From positions 186,001-250,000 of the forward strand of contig NW_025767403.1 of the NCBI RefSeq assembly GCF_003918875.1: DNA of 64,000 nucleotides. Direction: 5' to 3'. Shown piece after piece: positions 50,901-62,976 of this stretch; position 1 is the stretch's first letter, and each line of letters starts with the position of its first letter. This DNA is from Haliotis rubra (Eukaryota). The notes below the pieces were generated by a model. It did not search any database. It saw only the letters and a list, made by a program, of their open reading frames with translations, and had not been told where the DNA came from. A program made the position numbers and the translations under genes.

Positions 50901-53900
50901 CCCAGCCCCACCCCCACCCCAGCCCCACCTCCAGCACCAGCACCAGCTCAAGCTCAAGCTCCTAACCCTCCCACCCCGAAGGCCCCTGTGGTGTTACCTC
51001 CCTTGACAAAGGAGGCGAACACAGCTGCTGAGAACTTTGACCTGTTGGACACTGTTTTGTCTCAAGCTCTGCCTCTACAGACAGAGCCCAGTACGTCTCA
51101 GCCAACAGAGAGTGTAAAGTCGCCATTCACGCACTCTGAAAGTAACAAAAACATGGAGATCGGTGATGCTCAAGAATCTTGTGTTCAGTCGTTTAGTGGT
51201 TCTGTTTCATCAACTCCCTCAAATCCGATGACTGATGCTGCTAACAACGTTTCCCAGACAAGCTCCAGTTCTAGACTGTCTCACACAGACAATCAGATCT
51301 TCTCCAAACCTTCGCCAATCACAGCTACAAGCTCTGATGACTCCACACAGAAGACCAGTGGTGTCTCTTCTAACCTTACTCCGAAGTCAGACTTGATGGA
51401 GAATGCTGTGTCCAGTTCAATATTGTCTCCTGCATCAGCTGGCAGTGCTCAAGGTCAGATGTCGGACATGGTCGTAGCTGCAATCTCATCTAGTGGAGTT
51501 GATGCTCTTGCTGAGTTGACAGCCACACCTTCAGCATCTCCTTCTCCAGGTGCTCTAATAATGGAGAGCTCTCCCACATACCAGCCACAAATAGATCAAC
51601 AGCTGACCCCTCAACAGCCCACGCCACAGCCTCCGCCACAACAGACAACCCCTTGGCAGTCCCCTCCTCCCCTACAGCAATCACCATCTCAGTCTCTGCA
51701 GGTGCAGCGACCTCCCTCCCATCCTCCACAAATGGCTGCCCCACCTCCTCTTCAACAGCAACAGCCGAATCCGAGCTCAAGGCCAAGTTCACAGCAGCAG
51801 CCAGCACAAATCCATCCACACAACCAGCCTTCCAATCAAAGCTTGCCGAACCAGCCAAGTCAGAGAAGTAAATCGGCAAACTTACCGCCTCAGCAACAAA
51901 TCAACTATCCCTCATCACAGAAATCCAGCACAATGCAGCAGTCACCATCTTCCACCAGCATGGTGTCACCACCTGCACCACCTCGTTCTAGAGGAGGTCA
52001 GGAGAGTCAGTCGCCTTTTGCAAATAAAGGTCAAGGTCAAGTCTCCTCCTTCCAGCGATCTCCATGTCATGAAGTCCCTGGCTCAGCAGACCCGCTGTTT
52101 AACTCGCCACCACAAGTGTCTTCCATGCCTAAACTCTCTCATCCTCCTTCCAGTCAAACAAGCAAGCCTATGAACACCACAGACAACTCTGCTAGCCAGA
52201 GGTCACGAAATAGCATATACTCTGCGGACAATTTTGTACAACCGAGCCGAAACAGCGGCAATGCAGAAACAAGGTCACAAACATCCTCTGCAAATGTGAA
52301 CAGCAGTGGTAATGGGTTTGGACGCTTACCGACAGACTCGACAAACGAGAGTTTTAACTTTACAAGCATTGGTCTCAACTTGACATCAAGCACCGCGAGC
52401 AATAGCTTGCCGGAAGCTCTAACAAACTCCTCAAACTCAGCAACTCCATTTTCATTTAGTTTGACACCTGTGACCACCACCACTACCACCACCGCCACTA
52501 CAGCCAGTAGCAGTTCGGGGCCTCTCCCCTCTCACAATCATCATCAATTCTCATTTTACCCTCTCCATCCTCAAGTTTCACAACAGACTTCACTGCCATC
52601 TGGTGGCACAACTAGTGGTTCCCAAGGGGGACAACCCAACATGTTGGCATTAGGGGTGGACCTGCGGTTGGAAGGTTCCGGGCCACCAGTTCGCCATCCA
52701 CCCAACAGTAACCATCAGGGGCAAGGCTCCTTCAACTTCCACCTAATGGACATGAACTCTCGGCCTTCAAATATCCCTCCAGAACCACCAAGGATAAGCA
52801 TGCCAGAGAAAAATGCTCATTTTAGTGGTAGTGCAAATGGACAGAAAAGACAGGCCAGTGTACCTCCTAGTAGAACAATCCAGGGTTCTCAGGCGCTGGA
52901 TCATAATATCCCAACGTCACAGCGTTCTCCACATGTAAATAACAGTGGTTCCTATTACCCTCCCAACTTTCAGACTTGTACAGCTTCCCTTCACACACCT
53001 CCTCTTCATCATCATCCTGCTCAAAGTGGAGAGTCCTCTAGGCTTGCTCATCCTCGTGGTCCCTATGAACCCAACTTCCCCAGTGCTTCTCAGTCGATGG
53101 GTTCCATGGCTTTTGTCGCAAACCGTTACGACCCGGTTCAAGGGCCCTTCAACAGACAGTGTAACCCTCCTCAGTCCTTCGAACATTCGTCCAATCCTAA
53201 CTCTGATTCTAGGAAATCAACCAATCAAAGTGGCTCGAAGGGAAGCAAACAACCTCCACAACCGACTCCTCCTCTGTCCCATCCACAGAGTCAACCTCCA
53301 AGTGTAATCTCTGCAGCTCCTCAAAGTCACACTCCATCAAATTCCCACAACTCATCTTGTTCTTCTCAACCACCTCCTCAGACAGCCCACCCAATGTCTC
53401 AGTCGGTGGCACAAGTGCGGCCCCAGAAATCACGGAAACAAAGCAAGAAGGCCTCCAAACAACAGCAGCAGCAGCAGCAACAGCAGAGTTATAACAGTGA
53501 GATGGACACAAACCTAGCTCATTCGATATTTGACAGCAATCAAGGTCTAGCAACATATTTTCAAATTCCCAATCTGCCCCCCTCTCCTTCAAGAAATATG
53601 TCCAACGAGGGACCCTCGTTCCTACCAGGGAATCTCTTCAGTGCAGGTGGTCGACCAATATCAAATTCGGGTCCGGGGATGCATAAAAATGCTGAACTTG
53701 GTCCACCGTTTAACTCCCTGTTTCCTCCAAGCAGAGCCCAGAATGGTCTGGGTTTGAACTTTCAACACACTTTTGGTATGAACCCAGGAAACCCATCTAA
53801 TGGCCCTCAGTTAGGGTCTCATTCAGGGGGCATGTCCCTCACCCCTCACATGCCCAACTTCAGTCTGGGCAACCTCAACTTCTTGTCCGATGTGAACTCC

Positions 53901-54230
53901 GGGGGACAAAATGACTCTTTGAACATCTCCCCAATTAAGTTCCCTCACGGTAACACGATCCTCCCACCCCAGGCCGGGATGGATCACAACTCTCTCCAAC
54001 ACGCCCACCAGGGGTCGTCACTCTACCACCAGCGCAGCCAACCTCCACAGCCCCATGTCATCCACAACGCCATGAGCATCAACAGCATCCTTGGTCACAA
54101 CCCTCATGGCTTTGATGTCAGGCCGATGGGCCAACCAATTAACAGTTCCGTCACGCCGCCCTTTCATGGGGCAGGCCATCCTGGGTCATTTTCAATGCCA
54201 CCGTTAAATTTCTCAATGCATGAACATTAG
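35891..54230 (+). CDS. USF3: USF3-like bHLH-zip transcription factor (KIAA2018), 7 coding exons: 35891-35969, 39869-39962, 41717-41846, 43720-43816, 44542-44625, 45283-48355, 50237-54230; about 2516 aa after correcting 4 poly-C indels
   Basis: All introns are GT-AG and phase-compatible (exon 6/7 only after removing one C at 48340-48345). The spliced N-terminus reads ...KRLSHNVLERRRKDKIKRWVVAIKELLP...SHGDIMEKACSYIKELQDKNEKLLQDCGGEVQAEEIEKLKKEL...LLEIIRNAGLSAMQDPSYQWK. This matches the USF3 bHLH plus the GG..QAEEI.KL...DP...WK extension as I recall it, and is followed by a >2000 aa low-complexity tail as in USF3. Confidence 0.88.
38777..39297. mobile_element. Kolobok-like non-autonomous transposon
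   Basis: TTAA|AGCTTACATGCAAC ... GTTGCATCTAAGCT|TTAA. Confidence 0.75.
39869..39962 (+). CDS. USF3: USF3 coding exon 2 (GFGEDGSSPISMNGDLEDDQQLWIHAPEDSS/N)
   Basis: Strong acceptor ttttcctcctgcag|; donor AA|GTAAGC; phase 2 fits exon 3; in-frame ATG at 39901. Confidence 0.85.
40038..40198 (+). mobile_element. SINE family A (USF3 intron 2)
   Basis: Diverged full length; flanks TATCTGAA. Confidence 0.8.
41717..41846 (+). CDS. USF3: USF3 exon 3: basic region and helix 1 of the bHLH
   Basis: LEEKDRKRLSHNVLERRRKDKIKRWVVAIKELLPKFSLGMEKL; tgtcag| acceptor, |gtatgt donor. Confidence 0.93.
42084..42811. mobile_element. hAT-like non-autonomous element
   Basis: CAGAGTTTTACA / TGTAAAACCCTG ends; flanks TGTATG / TGTATA. 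Confidence 0.55.
42893..43180. mobile_element. hAT MITE with 8 bp TSD
   Basis: TAGGGGTGAAA / TTTCACCTCTA; TSD GTGTGGTG / GTTTGGTG. Confidence 0.78.
43305..43429 (+). mobile_element. SINE family A, 5'-truncated
   Basis: TSD GACTATGCAAGTT. Confidence 0.88.
43720..43816 (+). CDS. USF3: USF3 exon 4: helix 2 of the bHLH
   Basis: SHGDIMEKACSYIKELQDKNEKLLQDCGGEVQ; ttacag| and G|gtaggg; not present in this frame in the ORF track. Confidence 0.92.
44100..44445. repeat. CA/CAC-rich low-complexity tract (USF3 intron 4)
   Basis: Almost only C and A. Confidence 0.9.
44542..44625 (+). CDS. USF3: USF3 exon 5: zipper/coiled coil
   Basis: AEEIEKLKKELTDVYAERDRLLEIIRNA; tttaag| acceptor, G|gtgaga donor, phase 1-1. 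Confidence 0.9.
45283..48355 (+). CDS. USF3: USF3 exon 6: large Q/N/S-rich exon with two apparent +1 C insertions
   Basis: ORFs 45216-48035 and 47722-48360 join at a C7 run; acceptor ttgttctag|, donor AAG|gttagt. Confidence 0.85.
48591..48680 (+). mobile_element. SINE family A, 3' half
   Basis: TSD CTTCTCATCATGTT. Confidence 0.85.
48695..49045 (+). mobile_element. SINE family C, full length
   Basis: TSD TCTCATCATGTT. Confidence 0.9.
49074..49210 (+). mobile_element. SINE family C, 5' part only
   Basis: Head and core; ends after GGCATTAATG. Confidence 0.85.
49390..50142. mobile_element. Tail-to-tail pair of family B SINEs (49390-49595 +; 49680-50142 - with nested MITE)
   Basis: Sequence similarity; both retain 5' ends. 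Confidence 0.78.
49799..50039. mobile_element. hAT-like MITE with 6 bp TSD inside a family B SINE
   Basis: 16 bp TIR CAGGGGTGGAAATAAC; flanks ATTGAT / ATTGCT; the host SINE is restored on removal. Confidence 0.82.
50237..54230 (+). CDS. USF3: USF3 exon 7: terminal P/S/Q-rich exon with two apparent -1 C deletions; stop TAG at 54228-54230
   Basis: Acceptor ttttgtttcag|; ORFs 50228-50557, 50554-51006 and 50988-54230 join at C4 runs; uniform coding-like composition. Confidence 0.85.
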
Positions 54231-55541
54231 TGTCACTGTCCTCCCTAGTGGTCGAGTGTACCCTATGAGCACTAGTGGAGCAGACTCTCCTTACAGAGTT
54301 ACCTCCCCTGGAATGCTCTATGGCTGAGATTTGGAATCAAGCACCTGTTCTAGTGTATTTTATTGGTTGCCTGTTCTAGTATATATTATTGATTTTATAT
54401 ACCCAGATGTCCTATTCTAAAAATGGGATATATGTTAACATACACAGTTAAAATTCAAAAATATTTTGTTGAAAAATTATGTTTTACTTTTCTGTAAATT
54501 ATTACAATTTTAGGGCAGGCCTGTTAGTTGAACCATAAGCTAATCGGAATTTAGATTGAAAATTTTATCCTTGGACTAAAATTTTGGAACAGGTGTTTCT
54601 GATTCAAACTCACACTCCATTCAGAAGTGACTCACTCCAGTAATTACCTTCTTGCTCCCTATATTGTATAAGAACAATTTAAGGAAAGTTTTATGATTTA
54701 GAATTAGGGAGGACATGTCATCGTACACTGAAACTCTCCATCTTGCCTGTCTGCTGTATCAAGTTTGTGTTCTTAGTGAGAAGAAATGGCTTTTATATGT
54801 ATCATGGTATAGCTGCTTTACCTGTCACCTAGTCTCTTTGGCCCAACAAGATCATATGTTGTTCATTTTCTATATATACTCGCCTGCAAAAGAAATGCTC
54901 ATTCCTCATTGTTTTGCACTCATTCAAACAAACTGCTCAGAAGCTCGGATTGATGTTAATATTATGATGTAGTAGTCCGATTTGGGCTTTTCATTACAAA
55001 TCTGTATGGTCTTGGGTACCACAAGAAGATTGGTGCGTTTCTTTTGCATGTGAGCATTGTTGGTGCCTCCAGTAGTTTATGGTACATAAATAAGAAGACA
55101 GTTTTATTTTGCAAGTGTTAGCTCAAGCAGCATTTACAGCCGATGGTATGTTCTATATTTCCTCTGTTACATTTCCCCGTTCAAATGGGATCGTGTGTGT
55201 CATTTCCAGTCTTTGGCAGTGTGGTTCCACAAGTCATCCATTCTAGGATATGAATTGTCTTTTACTTCAGAACACAGTCTATTTTGCTCTAGGAAAGCTG
55301 TGCTTTGAAACACCTAAACACCTTCTCATAAGGGGAGAATGATTGTGAGTGATAACTACCAGATATTCCATCTTAGAGATTATCGGTGCTAGTTGGTTAT
55401 TGGTCAGTTGAAGTCACATGAGCTCACATAACTTCATTGTTGAGATAAATGGGATATAACATCATCCATGGTTTAGGTCAAAGGTTTTTACAATGTCATC
55501 TGAACAAAAGACTTCAGTGAGTTTGTCATTTCCTGTAAGGT

Positions 55542-55707
55542 GGGGCGTTGGGGTAGCCTAGTGGTTAAAGCGTTGGCTCGTCACGCCGAAGACCCGGGTT
55601 CGAATCCCCACATGGGTACAATGTGTTATGCCCATTTCTGGTGTCCCCCGCCATGATATTGCTGGAATATTGCTTAAAGCGGCGTAAAACCAAACTCAGT
55701 AAGTCAG
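55542..55707 (+). mobile_element. SINE family A
   Basis: Full length, TSD TCCTGTAAGG. Confidence 0.9.
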
Positions 55708-58700
55708 TCCTGTAAGGTTGACATTTCATCTAATATATAAAAGTTTGCATCTTAAAATGTTATTGACTGATATCTCGAAACTCATATTCACTGCTCTAAA
55801 GACATAATTCAAATGCTACAAATTATTCTTGCTATTTTAAATTGTTCATTTCTGTTTTAATTTTTATGAATATTGATTGAATATTTACAATATGTAATTC
55901 TGTCTAAGAGATTCAGTGACGTTTGATTTAGCTGAATCGTTACCAGAGTGACTCAGTTGGAAAATGACAAAATTAAATGACAGCTGCTGTCACTATCCAA
56001 GTTCGCATCACTGCAGACTCTATATTCCTACAAAAATTAAGTCTCCGTATTATTATACCCAAACTTACACACCTCAATTCCATGGAAAACTGTCTCACCT
56101 GATAGGGCAAGAACTGTGTAAATACATATATATATATTCGAATCTTTATACCTGCTTGTTGTGCTGTATGTATTGAATGCTCACTAAGGATAAAATCATT
56201 GTTTTATCTGTGTAATAGATTGTTAAAATCTATTTGCAGTATTTATTTTAGAACTCCTTAATGGGACCATAAGGGTCACTCAGTTATAATCACGCTATGG
56301 GGACTTTCTACCTTTACGAGGAACCGGATGCAGACCTTGCTTAAAGTTAAGAAACAAGGTTGTTAAATTGTTTAGTAACAGTGAGACTTCAATTCAAGCA
56401 GTGTTGATGAGAAAGACAGAAATGTGTGAAATAATTTATGAAAAGTTATATTTTTCTATTTGTATTTTAGATTTTGATATCAAGTGATATCAGTGTACAT
56501 AAGATGATGATGATGATGAGTGTGCCTTTTGTACAGTGACATTGTCCGTTGACTTGCCGTAGTAGACCTGTAAATTATATTGTGTGCGATTACTGTTACG
56601 AATTTCAGAGTTCCAGATAAGTTGCATATTTGCATAAAATGTGTACCATACATGACTATAACAGGGTAAATTTTGCTTGCTTAGAGAAATATACATGCAA
56701 GATTTCTTAAACCCAATGGTACAAGACAGTAATTTCAAAATGTAGACTTTTAATTTACTTTCTCTTGTAGTTTAGACAAGTTGTTGAAAGAAGTGACACA
56801 CTTGGAACACGCTATGGATGGATGCAAGTTTGAATGCAGGTTAAGCAGCATTATGAACATTTATTTTAGAACAGACTATTTGTTGGTTTAAAAATACTCA
56901 TTAAACTTGACGTAAGGGAGTAAACATCTATTAAATACTAGTACGCAAAGAAAACTCAATACCCAGTGAGATGAAAGAGGGTCATGAAAGCAAATTGCTG
57001 GATCGATGTTCTTTCTTAAAGCATTCCTACTGTTATCAGCAAATCTATTGTTATGTAAGTTGCTCTAAAATGTTTGGGGTGGTGGTTTTGCCTAGTGGTT
57101 ATAGTGTTTGCTTGTCACGACGGAAACCTCGGTTCAGTTCCCCACATGGGTGGGTGCACCCTGTCATGATATTGTTGGAATAGTGCTATATTGGTGTCAT
57201 ATTGGACTGGTATATAGTGAAGTGACACTGTCAAATTCTGTTGGCGGGTACTTATGGCAGAGGAAATATTGATCATACTGGAAATATTTTCTAACACCTT
57301 GTTTGTATATTTGTTTGAGAATATGAACTGCATAATATGTGATTTGTAAATGCAATGTTTTATGTATGTATGTATTTTTCTTACCTTAAAGCAGCACCAA
57401 TTGCCTTTGTCCATTGTGTGGCCCATGTTTTGATGTTTTTATATATTTTGTCTTATTTTGATAAACAAAGGATGGGTTGGAAAAGCATCTGGAATCCCAA
57501 CTTCTGGTTGATGTCAAAAATAAAGAAACCTTTTGAAATCGAAGAATGTGTTTACATGAGTGAGAAATAGTGTCTTGTTATTGTTTATGCTTTGGACTTC
57601 TACAAAATTGAATGCAGCAAAAAATGAAATGTGTTAAAAAAATGCTGACTGGATAGAGGGTGAGGGGGGATGCAATGTGAATGTGTCCAAAATGTTCATC
57701 GTAGAAAGGTAAATTCTGATTTTAGAGTTTTCAAAAAGCTGAAGCTAAAAATGTCATTTTGAAAAAGACCAGGCTAAAGTTTGTCAAATCGGTTGAGGTA
57801 AAGAGATTTTGAAAGTTAAAGCATCATATAGAGAGAGTTTAGAGAATATTGGGTGGAACTACATAATGGTTTGTTTTTGGTTGAACATTACCTCAGTGTC
57901 CATAGAGTTCATAGGACATGTAATGTAATGTGCTAAACATTTCCGTCATATTTAAATTACATGATATCTGAAAAGATCCCTTGTATCTCACAGGATCTGT
58001 GTCATTTGAGAATTGAGCCAAATTTCAGAATTGTTATAGAAACATTTTTGGTTCATAAAACACTTGCTTGTTCGAGGTTATCACAGCACTGTAGGCTGAT
58101 CGTAAAGCCTTCAGGAAGTGATTTTTTGGGTAATTTGTAAATGAGCAGAGCTTTGTCGGTTTTTAGTATATGTATGTAACAAATAAAAAACAAATGGTGA
58201 GAAGTCATCTTGGAGCATGGAATCTTACTTGGTTTCATTTGAAGTTAAAATAATTGTCATGTCAGTCCTACTGGTGTAATTAACCGTAACACAAGTTCAA
58301 AACATTCACGCACAAGAAAATTTGAAAACTTTTTTCTTTTTTTTTTCGTTGAATAATTTTTTAACGTATAATTTGACATTTCAAGTGGATGGAACAACAC
58401 CCTTTTCCAGCCTCATCCTTGGTGATTCCAATGAGCCGAAGACGGCCGGCCGTCTGTTCCTTTCTCTAACATGTTGCTTCTTCCGTGTCTATGATCTATT
58501 TATTTTGTCTTGTTGAGTTGTTGAGAACAATATTTTGTCAGATTCATTTTACTCGTTCTGAACAGATCGGGTCCATGTCCAGGAATAGTTTTCTTGATAT
58601 TTTGTCTTCTGGAATGATATACTACTCACAGGACGTTAAGGAACACTATTGGAAGGATGTGCTTCGCAATATCCACCTGCTATAACCCATGAACTACAGT

Positions 58701-59391
58701 CATGCAAGAAAAATATCTGTCATTCTGTAACTTCTTTTGAGCAGTGTATGTTGAAATGAATTTACTCGTTAAGGAGTTTAAGGAAGAATTGACTCCAGTT
58801 TGTTGGGTATTTTTGTGTGTGTTTATGGAGGTGAAAATTTAAAACTGGTAAGGTCACTGAAACTGTATGTAGTTTATTTATGCAAAGTGTACACGGAAAT
58901 GAATTTAATTATTTTAGGAAGTTTATGGAAGAATTGACTTCATCTTTTATATTTGAGGTTTAAATGTAAAGACTCACTGAAAATTTATAATATTCAAAAA
59001 AAGTTAAGGAACATTCCATTCTTATTACTATGTTTAATATGTTATGCCATGACAAATTAGATATAACACTGTGAAAGAATTGGGTGTTCCTTAACTAATT
59101 TTGAGCAGTATGTGTAATGTATTTATGCGACAAATGCACTGAAGACTTGAAGAAGAAAGTAACAGTATGAGTCATCCAGACTAAGATACTGACATAATAA
59201 AAGCCGTAGGAGCGTTTAAAAGTTTCAATTTCAGAATGGGCATATACTTTACAGTAGCCATCAAACTCACTTCAGGAGTAGATTTCATTGTTACAAATTA
59301 AGTCCCTGTCTCACTTTAGGCCTTGTGGGTGGTGGGGTAAACAGAGGCTTAAAATACTTGTAGTGCTGAGTATGTTTTTACATGTTCATTA

Positions 59392-59720
59392 GGCCAGACC
59401 AATTTTATTTCTTGTTTTACGGGTCCACCAGTCATATTTTTTCAAGAATAAGGGGAACAAAAATAAAATTAATTTTCCCCGCTCAAAAAATAAATCCATG
59501 TTTTTATTGGCCAAAAATGTAAACTTACAAAAAGAACTTTTATTTTATTGTTTTTTGCCCCATATACAGTTCATAAATTGCCAAAAATAAAACACTTTTA
59601 GTATTTAAAAGGAATATTACTTTGACTGGTGATTTTTATTTTTATTTTATTTTTTTCCTCCTTCCTTTAGGTTTTGTGAGGACAAAAATCTGTAAAACAA
59701 GAAATAAAATTGGTCTGGCC
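59392..59720. mobile_element. PIF/Harbinger-like MITE
   Basis: 29 bp perfect TIR GGCCAGACCAATTTTATTTCTTGTTTTAC; TTA TSD. Confidence 0.85.
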
Positions 59721-59723
59721 TTA

Positions 59724-59885
59724 AGTAAGTTAACCCTTTTTAGTATATTGTTAGATATTCATTAGGTAAGTTAACCCTTTCATTGTGTTTAAACATTCAT
59801 TAGGCAAGTTAACCCTTTCAGTATGTTAGATATTCATTATGTAGGTTAATGCTTTCATTATGTTGTTAGATGTTCATTTAGAAGG
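59724..59885. repeat. Degenerate ~39 bp tandem repeat
   Basis: GTTAGATATTCATTAGGTAAGTTAACCCTTT units. Confidence 0.65.
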
Positions 59886-60234
59886 TAAGGCTATCAATAT
59901 ATATTCATTCTGTAGATGCATATAGAATTTACCATGTATCTTGCTCAAGATTTTGTTGATATTATCATTCATGTATTTGGGTAGTGTATCAACCTGACTC
60001 ACAGATCAAATACCTTGGACAAGAAACTAAGGTATACTGTAGGCACTTTCATGTTGCAGGTTCCATTGTCCAGTGTCGAGTTTAAATATTGTCAAGATGA
60101 TAAATATTAAATCAGAAATTGGCCTCTGCAGACAACCTTTGGTTTATTTTTAGCTTTAATTTAAAATATGAGTCATTTTTCAGTTATTTGAAAGTTAGAG
60201 GATTGGTTGGACGCTGGTAATATCATGGTAGTGT

Positions 60235-60400
60235 GGGTGCGGTGGGGTAGCCTAGTGTTTAAAGCGTTCGCTCGTCATTGCAAAGAGCTGAGTTTCATTC
60301 ATGAACATGGGTTCAATGAAGCCCATTTCTGGTGTCCCCCGCCATGATATTGCTGGAACATTGCTAAAAGAGGTGTAAAACAATACTCACTCACTCACTC
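60235..60400 (+). mobile_element. SINE family A
   Basis: TSD CATGGTAGTGTG. Confidence 0.85.
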
Positions 60401-60520
60401 ATGGTAGTGTGTACTCTAACGTTCCCCTGTCACCCATTAACCCAGGACAACAACTGCCGCCCAGATCAACTCTACTGCGTGTACACAAGGCCATGAAGTA
60501 TTGACCATGTATATGACTCT

Positions 60521-60879
60521 AACATATGTTATATTTGGGATTACACTTTCTTTGTAAAGTACAGATTCTAGTACTTTTGTAGGGTTGAGTCCCATGTGGG
60601 ATACCCAACAAAAGTACTAGAATCTGTACTTTACTAAGAAAGTGAGTGAGTGAGTGAATTTAGTTTTACGCCGCTTTTAGCAATATTCCAGCAATATCAC
60701 GGCGGGGGACACCAGAAATGGGCTCCACACATTGTACCCATGTGGGGAATCGAACCCGGGTCTTCGGCGTGATGAGCGAACGCTTTAACAACTAGTCTAC
60801 CCCACCGCCCACACTAAGAAAGTGTAATCCCAAATATAACGTGTTACATTTGACCACTTTCTAAATGGCATTGTATAAT
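60521..60879. mobile_element. Palindromic family copy (15 bp TSD) interrupted by a family A SINE
   Basis: Flanks CATGTATATGACTCT / CATGTACATGACTCT; arms match 2092-2328. Confidence 0.82.
60645..60812 (-). mobile_element. SINE family A, young copy nested in the palindromic element
   Basis: Near consensus; TSD ACTAAGAAAGTG at 60633-60644 and 60813-60824. Confidence 0.92.
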
Positions 60880-62566
60880 CATGTACATGACTCTCGAAAG
60901 AAAGTTTTTGAAGAAATTCTGTTGTTTATATTTGTCTCCTCAGTTGCCTATAGATCAGTCATGTTCAAGTGTAAATAGTAAATAAGCTATAAACGAAATT
61001 CTTATTAAAGAAATTTCATTTTATGCTTTGCTTAAATATTCTGCCCAAAGGAAGTTAAAGACCCGCTGGTTCCTTCAGTTACTGTTGTTGATCCGACGAG
61101 GTACGACAGTTGTGATATGAAAGAATTGCGTGATCTTTAAGTTCGGTTGAGTAGTATATAGCGTTATGACATGAGATTGTGGCATTGCTGTCTGGTTTGT
61201 GTTCAGTTTTGTATCTATGTTTCGAACAATGGCACCTTGTGTAGGCACTCTTGTGATATTCACTCATGTTGTGGCCTGACGTTGACTAACGTTCAAATTT
61301 GTCCCCCAAACACTGGCGTTACATAATAATGTGGTGTGATTATTTCTGTCGAGTCTGTGGTTTTTGTATGGACTTACTACCTAATGTTTATACTTGTACA
61401 GATTAACACTGTTGACGGCAGGTCTTGTATATTTGAAGGTTTCTATAGCGTTGTTCTGCTGCTGCTGCTGATGCTGTTGCCGCCGCCACCACATGTTATT
61501 GTACAAAGTACTCCCTGTATAGTGTCTGTGTAGGTATTAACTCCTAGACTTTTCATGACATGTAAATAGATATTTAATATGTACATTTTCTGTACACAGA
61601 AGAGTAAAGAAATTGTTTAAATAACTCTGAGTTTGTCGTTTTGTGTTGGGATGACAGGTGGGAGTTGGTCCCCAGCATCCTGGACTGGCTGTAAGAAGAG
61701 ATTAATTGAAGAGCGCTTGCATTTCTTTATATGTTAGCAGAATAGGTTAGGTTGTTGTACATGGAGAAGTTGGGGTTCGATTCCAGCACTATGCCAGCAC
61801 CCTGTGAAACACCTCTTTCGCCAAGTCATATTTTAACGACAGACCCTGTATCTCAACAGTCCACAACCCTGAAAGACAAAAGGAAGAAGACCCAAATGCA
61901 GTCAAATGTAACCAAGTTGCAGAGGCCCAGATAAGCTGCGTATTCGGGTAAAATACGCAGAGAAAATTTCCAATTACACATTGAAAAAATAATTGTTGCG
62001 TACTAGTTACGCATTTACAATGTTAGATATGCAAAAAGTTTAAAACAAATGTGTACAGAATATATTTATAAAAATTGCTTGGGCAATGAAAAAAGAAGAT
62101 TGCTATCAAGTTGTACTGTTAGTATAGGACAAGTGTTGTACTGTCAGTACAGGATGAGTGATTTTTTATGAAATCATTTCCATTATATTTAAGTTGGTTT
62201 TGATTAGGTATGACATAAGGCAGAACATACCTGCTTAGTATACTTAATGACATAATACTTAGGTGAGTAAAATGAATGAAATACGCACATATTTGAAAGC
62301 AGTGGGTAACGGAAAATGAAATACCCACTCAACATTCATAATACCCACTCAAAAAAAATACAGTGGGTACAGTACCCACATGAGCTAAATCTTATCTCGA
62401 GCTCTGAAGTTGTGTGCATATTGCTATCCTAAATTAGGAACCATTAAACTCACCAGTCCACCATCCCCTAAAGAATAGAAACATGTCCCTATTGCTGTCA
62501 AATGTAGTGTAACCAAGTTCTGTTTTCCTAAATTAAGATCTATACCCTCCACCCTAAAGAAAAGAT

Positions 62567-62720
62567 GGGCCGTGGGGTAGCCTAGTGGTTAAAGCGTTCG
62601 CTAGTCACGCTGATGGCCCGGGTTCGATTCCGCACATGGGTACAATGTCTGAAGCCCATTTCTGGTAACCCCAACCGTGGTATTGCTGGAATATTGCTAA
62701 AAGCGGCGTAAAACTCACTA
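62567..62720 (+). mobile_element. SINE family A
   Basis: TSD CTAAAGAAAAGA. Confidence 0.88.
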
Positions 62721-62807
62721 AAGAAAAGACACAAGTGCCTTATGTAGCCACATCCTGTAATCATGTGCATTGTGCTGTCCCAGAATAAGCACTTCCTTAC
62801 TTCATCT

Positions 62808-62976
62808 AGGGGTGGGGAGGTAGGCCAGTGGTTAAAGCATCATCTCGTCACGCTGAAGACCCGGGTTGGATTCCCCACATGGGTGCAATGTGTGAGACCC
62901 ATTTCTGGTGTCCCCCGCTGTGATATTGATGGAATATTGCTAAAAGCGGCGTAAACCATACTCACTCACTCACTCA
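62808..62976 (+). mobile_element. SINE family A
   Basis: A/B boxes, body, (ACTC)n tail. Confidence 0.85.

Larger units (their letters stand above)
54231..61625 (+). other. Putative long 3' UTR of USF3
   Basis: U-rich; TGTAAATA/TGTACATA motifs; AGTAAA near 61603 followed by a GT-rich stretch; the end point is inferred. Confidence 0.35.

Noticed and set aside
47919-50920. Programmed ribosomal frameshifting in USF3
   Set aside because: Four events of mixed sign, all in C homopolymers, with no X XXY YYZ slippery site; sequencing error is far more parsimonious
45308-54008. Many minus-strand and off-frame ORFs
   Set aside because: Shadows of the low-complexity USF3 exons
58380-58700. Coding-like stretch downstream of USF3
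   Set aside because: The frames examined are short or interrupted by stops, with no recognisable motif
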